Shown here: positions 27,090-41,100 of the stretch, one piece after another | Layout: every line of letters begins with the position of its first letter | Position numbering within the stretch: position 1 is the stretch's first letter | Source: Geosiphon pyriformis uo1 | Taxonomy: Eukaryota > Fungi > Glomeromycota | Length of the DNA: 64,000 nucleotides | Direction: 5' to 3' | NCBI GenBank assembly: GCA_016748015.1 | Contig: JAAOMT010000275.1 | Coordinates: 1 to 64,000 of the forward strand | The notes under the pieces: generated by a model | Seen by the model: the letters and a program-made list of their open reading frames with translations, nothing else | What the model was told of the DNA's origin: nothing | Databases searched by the model: none | Position numbers and translations under genes: made by a program

Positions 27090-29750
27090 CAAGCCATTTA
27101 TTATTACTACCAATACATCTGATCAAGCATTGAGAGCAGTATTATTACAGAGAGAACCAGATAGAAAAAAACATCCAGTAGCATATGCCAGTCAAAGTTT
27201 AAGTCCAGCCAAAAAGAACTATAAAACACCAGTACTAGAACACTTAGCTATCTATTGGGCAGTCATGAAATGGAAAAAATATTTAAGCTAGAAATTCAAT
27301 ATTTATGTTGATTACAAAAGATTGACATCAATCCAGAAACAAAAATTTGGAGACAACTGTTATACCAGATAGAAAATAGAACTTTTACTATTTAAATATA
27401 CAGTACATTATAAAAAATAAAAAAAAATGAAAATGCTGACAGTTTGTTATGAATGAGACAAATCTAAGAACATTTCAACCCAAAAATATAACAAAAAATA
27501 AATACACAAAAATATTAACAACTCTAACACTATATTAATACCCAGCAGTTCAAGGAAAAATTATCTTCAAAAAAACAGAACAACATAAAACAACAATCCA
27601 AATATTTTATTATCCACCAAAATATATTATATTGAAAAAACAGAAAGAATCCAATTCAATCACTCAAAGTAATCACAAAATCAGAGAAAAAAACAATACT
27701 ATACAACATGCATTCAGATCTTACAGCAAAACATTTTCATAAAGAAGCAACCATAAAAAAAACCAGAAAAAGATATTACTGGTGTTACGGTTTAAGAATT
27801 TAGCAAAAAGAATCATAAAAATAATACAAACTATTCAATCATAATATAGCACAGTAATAATCTTAGAAAGGTAATGATTAACATAGTAGCAAACACCATC
27901 TCGCGATAGTGGCAAGCACCAGTTCACAATAGCAGCCAACACCAACTGGTGATAGCAGCAAGCACCAGGTTGAAATATCAAAAAGAAAGTATTTTCTCGT
28001 AGAACTACAAACATGTATATATACAGTAGTTTTAATATTGGGAAAGAATCAATCAAGTAATAAAAATCATAACTTATCAAGCAATAGATCCAATTTTATC
28101 CAACAAACTCCACTTTAAATCATACTTTCAAATTAAATATCCCAAGAAACCTTTAAAATCAAAAAGAAATGAAAAAAGAATATTTAAAACTGAACTATCA
28201 CAACCCAAAGTATTAAGAAACTTACTTGTATTATTTATTGAATGAAACTATCATTCATCAACTGAATCCCTTGGAAGAATAATCCTTGATCAAGATTATT
28301 CACGTTGTTACTAATTGATAAAAGCTTTATTGTGAGAATTAGAAAAGCGCTAAAGACCATTAACATTCTGTGTTTCTAGATTAGAGAAACACATCAGGCA
28401 ATTGCAAGGATAGCCTCAGAGAAGACCCCAGACAGTGGGTAGATTTCAGTTCAGCCTCTGAGAAGGAGTACATAAACACACACAACAATCAAGAATTAAA
28501 GAATAACTTACATCGCAACAGTAAAAAGAAAGCCTTCAGTGTAACAAGTGACCTTATCACACAAATAGAATTGAGGAACTCACGAAAGACTGATTGCAAT
28601 TAAAGCGGGATATCAGCAATTAAATATAACAAGAAAACCATCCCGTAACACTGGTCATCAATATATTCAGACATTATTTAATACATTCAAAATTGTGATG
28701 CTTGTTAAAAAAGAGGAAGAACAAGACCCAGCAAATCACTAAAACCAATTAGAGTGAAACAACTATTTGACAGAATTAGAATTAACTTAGTCAAACTATT
28801 AACAATAACCAGCAGAGATAATTGTTATATAGCAGTAGCCATGGACTATCTCACAAAATAGCCAGACGCAAAAGCAATTCAAAGAACAAATGCAGAATCT
28901 GTAGCCAAATTTGTTTACCAAAATCTTATCTGTTAACATAGATGTCTAAAAGAATTGTTATCAAACCAAAAAACTTATTTTGTAAACAGAACATTGGCAG
29001 AATTAAGCCAGAAATTTGAAATCAAAAAACTATTATTATCACCATATTATTCACAAACAAACAGTTTAGTGGAAAGATTCAACAGAACATTGTGTAAAGC
29101 AATTGCCAAAATCTGTTAAAAAAACCAGAATGAATGGAATTTGTTTATATCATTAATACTATTTGCTTATTGGATAATAAAGCAAGATATCATACAAGCA
29201 ACACTATTTGAACTTGTTTATAATAGAACAGCAATATTAAAAATTGAGATAAAAGTCAATACATATTTAATTGAACCAATAAATGAAGCCAATTTTTAAA
29301 AAACATTGTTAAAAAAAAAGTATAAACTAATAGAAACATTAGAAAACAAAAGACAAAAAGCAGCTAATAACATTCAAAGGTCACAAGAAAGACAAAAAAA
29401 ATAATATAATAACCAATTATCAAATAAACCAGTTGAATTTAAGATTAGAGACAAAGTACTCTTATATCATACCAAAGTGAAAAAACAATGGAATGGAAAA
29501 TTTGACCCCAAATAAGATGAACCATTTTACATTCAAGAAATTCTAGGAAATAAAGCTTACAAACTAAGATGAGACAACAAAATCTTAGCCAAAGCAGCAC
29601 ATAGTAATTGATTAAAACCATATTACAATATAGTACTATTATCTACTAATAATATTCTACAACTGAGAGTATAATGAATACTAGTTTAACCAGATGAGAT
29701 TCCACAAGATTTGAAACCAATCATAATTATCAATACAAATGTGTCCAATT
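27090..29750 (+). pseudogene. G1 RNaseH and integrase remainder (interrupted by solo LTR S1)
   Basis: KPFIITTNTSDQAL...KNYKTPVLEHLAI; the integrase is colinear with G2 24143-25519. Confidence 0.88.
27783..28650. mobile_element. Solo LTR S1 (different family, 868 bp)
   Basis: TGTTACGG...CCGTAACA termini; TSD CTGG at 27779-27782 and 28651-28654. It splits G1 integrase codons Y-Y-W|S-S. Confidence 0.9.
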
Positions 29751-29806
29751 AATTAACCAAAAGAGTATATAAGAACACAGTATATGCAACAAAAGAACCA
29801 AAAAAA

Positions 29807-30448
29807 ATAGAAATACCAGACCATATCTATACCTTAACTCAACAATTATTTTAGGTCTTAAATCAACAACAATTAAACATGGAAATTGTTGTTAACCACC
29901 AAACAATCTGCTATCAAAACACCAAACAAGAAAGAAAAGCAAAAAATATACCATATTAGCAACCACAAAACCAGACAAAAAACTGGTTAGATAAAATCAT
30001 AGAAAAAGTAAAAAGCACTTTTAGGAAAATATCTATCATGGTTTCAACTAAGGAACTCACAAAAAAAAATTGAAATCAGTGGATAAAACAACTTCTAATA
30101 CCATATTGTTATTATCAGTTAGGACAAAAATCAAATATTCAAAAATTATATCTCAACAAATCTAAAAGAATATTCAATTCAGAGATAATACAGAATATTA
30201 AAAACATTATTGAAAAAAAAACAAATCTGATACTATACATTAGAACAATCTATTAACTATACACAATATTTCAAAACTACCCAAAAATATTGCTACATCC
30301 TAACATGAAAACAATAACCATTAACCAACAAAAAAAAATGAATAACATACAAATTGAAAATGTAAGAAACAGAGTCAAACAAACAGTATTAAAAAGAGAA
30401 ATTATGAACTTAATTCAAAATAAAGATTTTAATAGAGCTCAATATTAA
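29807..30448 (+). pseudogene. G1 ORF3 homologue
   Basis: (M>I)EIPDHIYTLTQQLF...YYQLGQKSNIQKLYLNKSKRIFN...RAQY* aligns to G2 ORF3. Confidence 0.65.
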
Positions 30449-30461
30449 AAGAAAAAGATAA

Positions 30462-31366
30462 TATTATTCATAAAAAAAACATACAAAAAAATAGTAAGAA
30501 AAACAGATAGACCAATAAGAGAATAATAGTTAACATATGAGCACATTGTTTAACAATATAGAGTATTATCAGAAATTAGTGCACATTGTTCAACAATATA
30601 GAGCATTGTTAGAAAATCATGGCATATTGTTCAGCAATATAGAGCAATATTAAAAAATTAGGACATATTGCTCAAGAAATTATAGCACATTACTTGAAAA
30701 TATAAGCAATCTCATAGAACTCAAATTATGTATATATAGCAAAAATGTTAAAAGCAAAAAAACAAAATTCCCAGCTAGAATTAATACTAAGATCTCTTAG
30801 TTAGAAACATCTTAATTAGAATTATCTATATCAATAAATAATTATTCACTATTTAAATTACTTTTTCCACTATTAACACTTTATGTTAATAGTATTTAAT
30901 ACTTGATTACACTAGAACAATAGTTCTTGATCATGGCTATTAATGAGATACCAATATAAATTGCTTTGGCTTAAATTTTTTTATTTTATTTTATTTTATT
31001 GTTGTATACTAATTGATTAAGGATTAAGTGCTAAATTATTGATGTCAAGAATAGTCTGATAAAAAATCTGTAAAACAAGAGTAAAAAACTCAGAAATTAA
31101 GAATAGCTTATTAAAAAAGCATGACTGCCAGAATAAACTGGCCACCATGTTGAAAAAAAAAATTTGACAGAATAGTAATTTCAGAAAGCTATGAATAAAA
31201 ACAATACTTGAATCTTTGTCCATTATACAAAGAACTTAATTAAAACCTTCAAATACTAAAACCTTCAGACATCAGAACCTTTGGATATTACCAACCATTT
31301 TACCTATTAAACACCAAGTTATGAGTTTGTTATTTAATTTGAGACCCCAAATAATCATCTATAACA
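30462..31366 (+). repeat. G1 3' LTR
   Basis: Direct repeat of 10514-11379; ends ataaca followed by the TSD ATGT. Confidence 0.9.
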
Positions 31367-31525
31367 ATGTCTTTTTTTTAAACATATTACTATTAAAAGC
31401 AGCTATTAGATTCATTATAAAAAGATTATTTACTTGTAAAATATTAAAAGTAATAATACAGAAAAGATAAAAACAAAAACAAAAAACTGCTCTTTGGGAA
31501 ATTTGAACATAGGAAAAAAAAAGTT
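31367..31525 (-). mobile_element. LINE copy B 5' remainder
   Basis: Joining 10500-10513 to 31371 onward (aagcttctttgg-atgt-ctttttttta...aaagcagc) matches the LINE A ORF1 start region at 4300-4353. Confidence 0.75.
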
Positions 31526-31681
31526 TTAAATTATTTATTTATAAGTATTTTATTAATAAAAATATTACTAAATATTTTAAAAAATCAAAAAATTGCAATT
31601 TTTTTTACTTTTGTTTTAATTATAATTATAAAAGTACAAAAAAAAAGTTTAATATTATAAAGATATATTATAATATTATAA

Positions 31682-34600
31682 TTTTTTTTTTTAACATTTA
31701 TTGAGTGAAGTCCAAACACTACCTAATGCTATATATCAAATAATTGATCTAAATTAGGCATGAATCATGCACTTTCTACACATAACTAGCCACTCAGGCC
31801 AATCAAAACAACACTATGCACCTATATAAACAGAAACCGTATTTAAAGCACCAGAAACAAACAAACTAAATTTATGCAAACCAAATCTAATACCCAATGC
31901 ATCGTCAATACCCAACAACCTGACAACCCCAGCCGAATACAGAGAAGATAGACCAGAAATAGAAACTGGCATAGAACCGTCTCGAGGAATTAACCCATGT
32001 TTCTCCATAAAGGCATGATGTTTAACATAGACCAACCAAATCTCATTTCTAAAAGCCAGGCAAAAATCACAGACAAAGTTCACAATTTTTGCACCAGCAA
32101 GTTTCAGATCACCAAAAACAGAAACTGCCTCAAAAAACCAATCATTAAAAACAAAGCCTTTGTACAGAGCAACATGGACTGAGATGTCAAAAACACATGA
32201 AGAAAGAGTTCACAACACATGAAAAGAAGGGCAATAAAGGCCAGAAATACCTTCCCATTTAATCGCAAAATCACCAAGCAGCCGATCATGACTAGCAAAG
32301 TCAGAATCACAGGAAAAAACATGGTCTGAGACCTTTACACATCCACAATACAAACAAACCACACTAGGGTAACTCCTATCATAAAGGCATTTACAAACGG
32401 CCACAGGCAGTCTACAATGCAGAGTCTTCATAAAGTATGTGCGCAAACCAGCAGTCCATTTACTAGTAAAGCCAGCAGCCATGTGTGAATTGGGATGCCA
32501 AACAGAAAAAAATCTGTGCCAATTGATATCACTGAGCAATTCACCAGCGACAACTCTAATACCCAAACCAAAACCCCAATGCGAACGGTGAATGGACCGA
32601 TAAATGTCATGCACAAAATGCCTAGAATTACCCGAAACAGGACTACCACCAGCCAGGATAAACCACTCATCCAGCCAGAAGAGAAGAACCAAATCAGAAA
32701 GAGCCGCATAGCCAGCCAGTTCATCAGTCCAGTCATTACCTATAACACCAGAATGTTTCTTAACTTTACACCAGCTAATATCCAATCTCTTAGCACAAAC
32801 AAGATTAGCAATATGATGACGCTCCACCCAATAACTATTCCGAAAATCCAGATGCACCAAACCCAATTCCAACCTGCAGGCATCTAACGCAGCCTGACTA
32901 TCCAAAAATAAGCAAACTTTGCTAACCACAGAAACACACTCGAGAGCAAATGCAATAGCTTGCAATTCTGCCAAAGTAGATGACAACAAACCCGAAACCT
33001 TAACATCCAAACCCATATTAATATCATCAAAGAAAACTGCTGCACCTGATTTAACACTAAGAGTACTCAAACCAGCCAAGAATTCATCAGTATAAACTGA
33101 AAGGCTATCAGCACCCAATCTCAACAACCAATTACAAACCAAGTCAAAATCAGTAGATTTTAAGACATTAAGAGCAAAAGAAACACCCACTGAACAGTCA
33201 TGAACAGAAGAAGATGATTCCATACTACCAAGATAACCAACAGAAACACTAAACCAATCAGAAATAGGGCCATGTGGGTCCAGCCTTTTCCAATGCTTGA
33301 AAGTCTTCCAATCAAAAGCAAGACCATTGTGATGACGCAATTGTTCCACAAAAACAATTCCATACCACCGAAGTGAGGAGAAACATTTAGAAAATTTCAC
33401 CTCTCCAAGAACCAAAGACATGGGAGTACCACAGAAGAATCAGAATGTACTGGGGCTGAGACTACTAAAAGATAAACTGCAATTGGCAAAAATATAAACC
33501 ACACCTGCCAGAAAATTGTTTGAGAAATTCAAATTTAAACAAGCCAGAAAGACCAAAGAGTGTACAGGATGCCAGCTCAGAGTCTGTAAATCATGAGATT
33601 TATGGAGAAACAAATGACCCAGGATTCCAATAGCATTGGCAAAACACACTATAGACGCCAATTTACTCTCAGCCTGAATCTGTTCAAAAAGTTTTAAGCC
33701 ATAAAGAAAGAGGTGATGAAGAGCATCATTGGAGAAGTCTAAAGAAAAATCTGCTTTGGATTTAAAGCCTTTATAAATCAAAACATCCCATTTACAGCAA
33801 ACACTAAGGGGAACAAAACTAAATTGCATTCTATAACTAACAATGGGGTGAAAAACCACTGAAACCAAATATGAGAACTGCTTATCAGAGATGGCCTTCT
33901 TTAGGATGAGATTGGTAAAAAACCGGACATCCAAATGTGTCTTGGCCAAACTGGGCTTTGACAAACCACCCATAGACAGAAAGATGCCCAAATACCAGTG
34001 AGGTTTTCCTTTCTTGGCAATAGAAATAGGTGTACCACTGATTGTCAGAAAGGGGCTTACAATCCTGCAGTTAATGGGAATAACTACTGTCTTATCATTG
34101 TTTATTGAAATATCATTAATTCTAAAAAATTCACTAGCAACATTGAGAATGTGTTGTGTTGCAGCCTGACTGTTGCCAACCTAAATTGTATCATTCACAA
34201 AAGCACCAGCAGCAAAGAAAGAAGAAAAACCAGCTTGAGGTTCAACACAGCCAGTTTTAGCAATAAAATGAGAATTCAACCTATATCCACAAAATTTTTC
34301 TTGCCTCTTGACTTCACACAAAAGAGAATCATAAAATATATGCCAGAGAAGAGGTGAAAACACTTCCCCTTGATCGAGACCATCATGGACTTGATAACCA
34401 TCAGTTAGGCCAAAGTCAGTCATCACTCTGTTGACTCAGTTATTGTGAATGCCACCAAAAAATTGAATGAACCTGCCACATATTTTAATCCTGATCAGAC
34501 TCCTTTTTAAATGCTCCCAGCCAACAGAATCATAGGCCTTTTTCATGTTCTGCAACACCAGCCAAAGCTCATGGTTCTTCTTCAGAGCATCCTCAACCAC

Positions 34601-37600
34601 AGAACCGACAGCAAAGATAGGAGACTGTGTCATTGTACCCTTCAAAACAGAAAAATTGTCCTCATGGAGAATGTTGTGAGTACTGCACACCAGAGAAATT
34701 CTGTCTGAGAGGATTTTTGAAAGGATCTTACAAGCAGTTTCAATCAAAGCAATGGGTCAGGTATTTATAAGAACTCCCTTCCACTCATAAGGTTTGGGGA
34801 TCATAGACACCCAGGCTTCCTTCCAAAGACTAGGAACTGACTCATAGAGCAAACAAGAGTTCAAGAGCACTAACAACATATTCAGAACCAATCGGTCACA
34901 ATGCTTCAAAAGCTTATTTAAAATACCAAACAAACTAGCAGCCTTATCATTAAGCAAGTCCAATACAATACCAAGCAACTCAACAGAACTAATGAAGTCC
35001 ATTATTCCCGAAAATACATCATCAAATACGTACTCCAAAGGTCAGTACTGATAACACCAATCAGTAGAGACATTAGTGACCAACACACGTTTTCTGGTCC
35101 AGTCTTTCATAATAACATTTATCTTAGATTTAACTAGATTAGGTTCCAAAACCAGTTCATCATCAGCAACCAAGTAATCCAATACCACTTTGTGAAAGGA
35201 ACGCTCCAGCACACTCTTAATTGTATAATCTTTATCCACCTCAAAACTTTCCATTCTCCTAACTAACAGCTGACCTAATACGAGATTTTTCAGCATGCTT
35301 TGACTCGGACAATTTAGAGAAATGATACAACTTCTTAACTCTGAACAAGACAGATCTTATGATCTTAAAATGCGACACTGAAAGAAAAAGAGACTCAACC
35401 ACAGAAGCATTTATAGCGTCCAATGAGTTCCATGTACCCAGTAATGCAACAAATTCCTCTGAGAAAACCAAACATGATGCTTTAACTAGCTTAGACACCA
35501 AAAGTTCTAACTTGTGAAACTTAGAAGATTCCTTAGTAAACACATTATCATAACTCTTGAATCATTTTTTTTTGAAAACATCATTTGCTGACAAGCACAC
35601 AATTTTGCAGATGACATTCCACATAGCATCCAGATCCAGAAACAATAGAGCAGCATCAAACTTGCACTTCAACATTGCTGCGGTGGCAGCAGAAGATTCC
35701 TTGAATGCAGCCCATTTGGCAGCTATAGCATCCTTAAAATTGAACTTCCAACAATCCTTATTCACCTGTTTATGAAGGGACATCAAATTAACATCCAAAA
35801 GATTGTCCAGGCCTATGAAAACAATAACAGCTCTATGATTAGTATCAAAATATTCATTAACCCTGGTCACACTACGATCTAAGATTGTGTTGACCAAGCT
35901 TGATGACACAAACACGTAATCAATAGTTTTGGCCACCTCTCAAGAATTGGTCCAAGTCGCATTCTTCCCAAACAAGCTCCCTCCCAAGACATTGACCAAA
36001 CCCAAATCAAAACATTTTCTGAAACTAGCATACCTGCGAGAGCCATTTTCATTGAAATTGCCGCCCAATATCACGAAAAAGGACTCATTAACAGCTTTAA
36101 CAATCAAAAAATTTATCTCATCCGCTTGTGAGAAGCACGCAGATACTGAAGTACCAGCATACAAACCCAGAATTGACACTGAAAGCCTATTTTTAAAAAG
36201 CAGCTTGACAGACAAAAAATGACCAGAAACCTCAAAAACTTTACATATATGTTTCACCAGAGCGTTGTTCATAATGATTGCCATACCAAAACCAAGGTAA
36301 CCAGAATCCAAACCAGAAACAAAAACCCAAACACCATCGAATTTATTAGCAATCTAAGGCCGAACCTTATCTTTTAACTTTGTTTCAGTGACAATTAAAA
36401 CCAAATTGTTCATATCTCTGTACCAACATATAATGTCCTCTTGCTTTGCTGAATTGTTCATTCCCTTGACATTACATGTGGCAATTTTCCATACTAAATC
36501 ATTTATTGAGAAACAGAAGAGATTGCAGAACCTGAGCCAGTACACATCTGATCTAACTTCTTTAATACCGAACAAACCGAAGCTTCAAGAGCCATCAACT
36601 TTAACTTCAAACAGTTTACTTTTGAAGTCAAGATTTTTGAACTACTTGAACCCAAACTTGAGACACCAGAAGAAACTGAGGAAAGAGGTAAAACCGCAAA
36701 CTTAGGTTCATCCAAAACTATATCCGAACCAAATTTCACATCAACCAAACCAGGGACAACCAAGGACTGAGAGGAGGATGTGAGAGCCAAGGACACCAGG
36801 TTTAAATTGTCAAGTTTGTTAATAATACCAGACACCTTATCCATGAGAAGTTCCAAAGAGCACTCCAAAGAAGCAAGACAAGTTTCCAAAATTGAACTAA
36901 CAGAATCAAAATGCAGACTCTAATACCTTGTCATTCTCAAAACAAACCACAGCACAATGAATTCTATTACCAGTGTCTAAGGATCAATTTATAACACAAG
37001 TTTTCCCACCAGCCCTCACCAAAAAATCACCAAGATCATGAGCCGTTGTTCCCACTGGCAAAGTAAACAAAAGTGCCCTATACTAATCTCTAGATGCCCA
37101 TGTCTCATGATCTCCCACAGCTTTGGCCATGTGCACTGAATTTTTCCCGATTAAGAATGACCACTTAGCTGCCAACTGATCTGCCTGACTCAATTCGGCA
37201 AACTCCACTACAGCCTTCTGCCACAGCCCAATGAGTTGTAATTAGATTAACACCCTTTGACCAAATTCAGACATTGCAGTGACAATCATTTCTTTTGGCA
37301 TATTTATGGGAATTTCCTTGATGACTACAGCCCAATCTGAGCAAACTCCTTGTCTTTTAAGATCACTGTTTACTATGATGTTATTTTCTCTGGCTAATAA
37401 TGTGGTTTTTTCTATGCTTTTAGATGAAGTAAACGTTGATCAGATGATCCCCTCAAATTTTGAGAGGGTGTTGGCCCCCCCAAAACCATTGATTGTTGAA
37501 AACAACTTTCTGATAACCTGAGTCTTGGCTGTAGCCAATTTTTTCTCCACAGCAGATAGATTGATGTCCAAAATGAACGACTTCTTCACCACAATTTCCA

Positions 37601-38125
37601 CCTGAAACTTGACAATTTTGGGGTCCACCCACACCTTTTTTAGAGAGAAAAACAAATGGGGAGGAAGAAAAACTTCCTCCTTATCATCCATGTTATAACT
37701 AATAGAGCCGATAGGGGAACTGATAACCACACCAGTGTTAAAACGCTTTGCATTGGGTGTATTCATTTGGGAGTCAGACATGCCATTATCATCAAAGGCT
37801 TCTCCATTCGTATCCATGCTAGCAAACTGTCCATCCATACAAACAGACCCACTATCTTTGAGATTCTTATCTACACTTGAGGGTTTGATATTACTGAGAG
37901 ACTTTTTGACATTTTGAGTCAAACCTCCACCAACCAAACTAGTGGATGAGACTCTGGTAGACCTTTTCTTAATACTAAGACCACTCATAGTGGCAGCCAG
38001 TCCGACAACAAAAAAATTCGTTTCTTGTAAAATAGTGGAAGACAGTATGCAAAAACAAAAAAAACTTCTTTCAAAATTTGACTCTTTTTTAGGAATTTGG
38101 AACAAAAAAGAGAAAGAAGTTTTTT
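31682..38125 (-). mobile_element. LINE copy C, full length (~6.4 kb), decayed
   Basis: Poly(T) tail at 31682-31692 and 3' UTR module to 31815. ORF2 31814-36506 has APE, RT (GLDQGEVFSPLLW, AFVNDTI), RNaseH (YTD..AELQAI..DSQ..KKHSG..GND) and CLYCG..DHVFSC. ORF1 36503-~37990. Confidence 0.95.
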
Positions 38126-41100
38126 GTTTTAAATATTGTTTTATAATTTTAGCAATAATATATATATTATAAATTATAAATTATTTTTACAAATAAATTT
38201 TATTAAAAAAAAAACAATAATATAAATTTTTATAAAATAATAATTTTTTTAAAACTTTAAACAAATTTAGTTTTAATATAAAATATAATAAAAAAATCAG
38301 AATTTAATTAAATAAATATATTAAAAATAATTAATATTTAAATTATATAATTATAAACATTAAAAATTTGTTTATTAAATAATTGGTTATATATAAAAAA
38401 TACATAAGTTAAATTTAATATGTATTATTTTTATTACACATATTATTAAATTTTAATTGAATTATAGTATTAAAAAAACAAAAAACAAACACATTTTTAA
38501 TTTTATTATTAATAATTTAATTTAAACTCTTCTTTCTCTCTTTCATTCAAAATTCTCAAAAAGAGTATTATAAGTTTTTTTGAAAGAAGTTTTTTAACCA
38601 TTCAATACAACAAATTCAAACCATTTTTTGATTTCGAGGCCACTATTGGCCCTACTATTGCTGTTATGAAGAAGGTTGCAAAAAATTCTGGTGCTAATAG
38701 TGGTTTTAGACCTGTCTTGTCGAGAAAAAAAAGAAAGGGTGGAGTTTTGGCTAAGAATGTTTTGGTAGAAGAAGATGTTATTAAAACAACTGGTAATCAT
38801 TCATAGATTTCTGAGACTGGTAACACTACTGAATCTGAGAGTATTAATATGGAAGAAAAGTGTCTTGTTGAGAAAACCAGTATTGATTATGGAGAGAGAG
38901 ATGCCTTTGATGGTGGAGATCCCAACCAGACACCAAAAAACTCAGGTCTCAAAATTAAGACCAAGAAAGTATTGGGCAAACCACTGAGCAAAATCAACTT
39001 TGATGATGGCTTTAATGATGGTGACTTTCTAGATAAGTCTGCCCTCCTTCCACCTCCTCTTCCATTCAAACTTTTGGTTTAGGTTTCTGTTCACAAATCC
39101 TTCACTTTGAATATTAATCTTGTGGCCATTGTTGGGAAATTCTCTTAGGAAAAATTGAATTTTATCAAAAAATTTTTTCAGGTGTGAATGGTTTTGGGAG
39201 GGCCTCTACCCCCTCAAAATTTGGTGGTATTATTTGTGCAACTTTTACTTCTGAAAAGGCAATGATGGCTGCGGTGAATTTGGCAAATAAGCATGGTATT
39301 GTGATAAACACTGATCTTAAGTGCCCTGGCTACAATCATACAAATCAGACAATTGTGTTAAAAGAGATTTCTGTGAGAACTTCTATTGAGGCTGTGCGTG
39401 CTGCTGTATCTGAATTTGGGATAATTAAGTCGATCAAAATGCAACTGGTGGGTTTGTGGCAAAAGGCATTTGTCAAATTGGAGGATCAGAATCAGGCTAA
39501 TCTCTTGGCATTCATGTGGTCTATCCTTATTGGGAAAGATGCAGTTTATGTGGCCAGGGCCGACATTGACAAACAAACATGGGACTCCAGAAACAGATTC
39601 AGGACATTATTCTACACTCTTCTTGTAGGGATGAATGCACATAATTTGTGAGATTATTTTGTTTCAGTTGGTGGAAAAACATGCGTCATCAACTGTAATT
39701 CTGTCAACTACACTTGTGCATGCTGTGCTACTGTGTGTTTTGACTCTGAGGAAGATATGAACCAGGCTGTAGCTGTCATGCCAATTATAAAGAGTGTTGG
39801 TCTTCACTGGTTGTGTTTGTCTTCTCCTGTGTGCTTTGCTTGTAGTTCTTTTGGCCATACTTTTTTGTTCTGTAAATCAGTTAGAGTCTCTTCTGTTTCT
39901 AAGAGCAAGAAAACTCCTCTCTTGGCTTATGATCGATTTAGATTGGCAAAAATTTATGAAAAGAAATTAGTACCTATCTTCTACCCTTTGGCTTTTGGTG
40001 AGAAAACTTGAACATTAGTGGCTGGCTCTTCTTCTTCGGGTGGTTCTCTTGGCTATGATTCTCAACTTGGTTCCTTAAAAAATGGTAAACCTCTTTCTTC
40101 TGTGGTGAACAATTTAGAATTACATCTAGTTAATATTAAAAGCAGTCTTGTCAGCCTCGTGAGACAAATTAGTAAGTTGGCTAAGAGGTTGAAGTCATTC
40201 ATGCCAGCAGTTTTCCAGCCTAGCCCTGGATGTCAGCTGCTGGTAACCCCCCCATCACAGAATCAAAGGGAGGATATAGTAATGGAAATGGGTTCAAGTG
40301 AAGCCACTAGTGGCAAGACTGCTGCTGTTTTGGGTTCAAATGCCTCACCTAAGGTTGTAAAACTGGAAAACATGTTGGAAGGTTTTTCTGCTTTGGTCAT
40401 AAGCCTCTTGGCATGCTTGGATGATTTGGCTTTAGTAGATGGTACTCCTTTTCTATCTCTTTCTCAATGAGTAGTCTGGTGTGGAAAATTGCAACGTGTA
40501 ATGTTTGTGGGTTGAACAATCTTGTGAAGCAAGATAATGTTATTCATTGGCACAAGGATATGAACAATTTGGTTTCTATTTTTACGGAGTCAAAACTTAA
40601 AGAGAGAGTTTGCCTATGGTTGGCTGACAAATTTGATGGTGTTTAGATTTTTACTTCTAATCTGGATTCTGGTTCTCTGGGTGCTGGTGTGATGATTGTT
40701 GTGAATTTTTCTTTGGTTAAACACATCTGCAAAGTTTCTAAGATGCCTAGTCAGCTCCTATCTATTAAGTTGCTTTTCAAAAATAAACTTTCAGTGTCTA
40801 TTTTGGGGCTCTATGCTGGTGCTTCATTAGTGGTTTGGTTTTCTCAGGCTAGTGAGATCAACTTTCTTATTGTTAAGGCCATTAATGAGTCTTTTTTTGT
40901 TATTCTTGGTGGTGATTTTAATGAAGATGGTTCTCGGAAGTGTGCGAGTTTTAAAAAGTGCCTTGAGTTGGGGTTGGTTAACTCTTTGATTGGAAGCCTG
41001 GCCATTAGAATGCCAATTTGGATGAACTTTAGAGGTGTTATGAAGACTATTGATTATGTATTTGTTTCACTGAATCTGGTCAATTCTTTGGTACATCGTA

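Larger units (their letters stand above)
10514..31366 (+). mobile_element. Ty3/gypsy LTR retrotransposon G1 (outer, dUTPase-bearing), decayed
   Basis: LTRs 10514-11379 and 30462-31366; 4-bp TSD ATGT at 10510-10513 and 31367-31370; PBS at 11382; PPT ~30447-30458. Domain order is gag-PR-(Cys-rich)-dUTPase-RT-RH-INT. Confidence 0.93.

Noticed and set aside
27783-28650. MITE or DNA transposon
   Set aside because: TG...CA ends, an 8-bp inverted terminus and a 4-bp TSD match the other LTR insertions, so a solo LTR is the simpler call.
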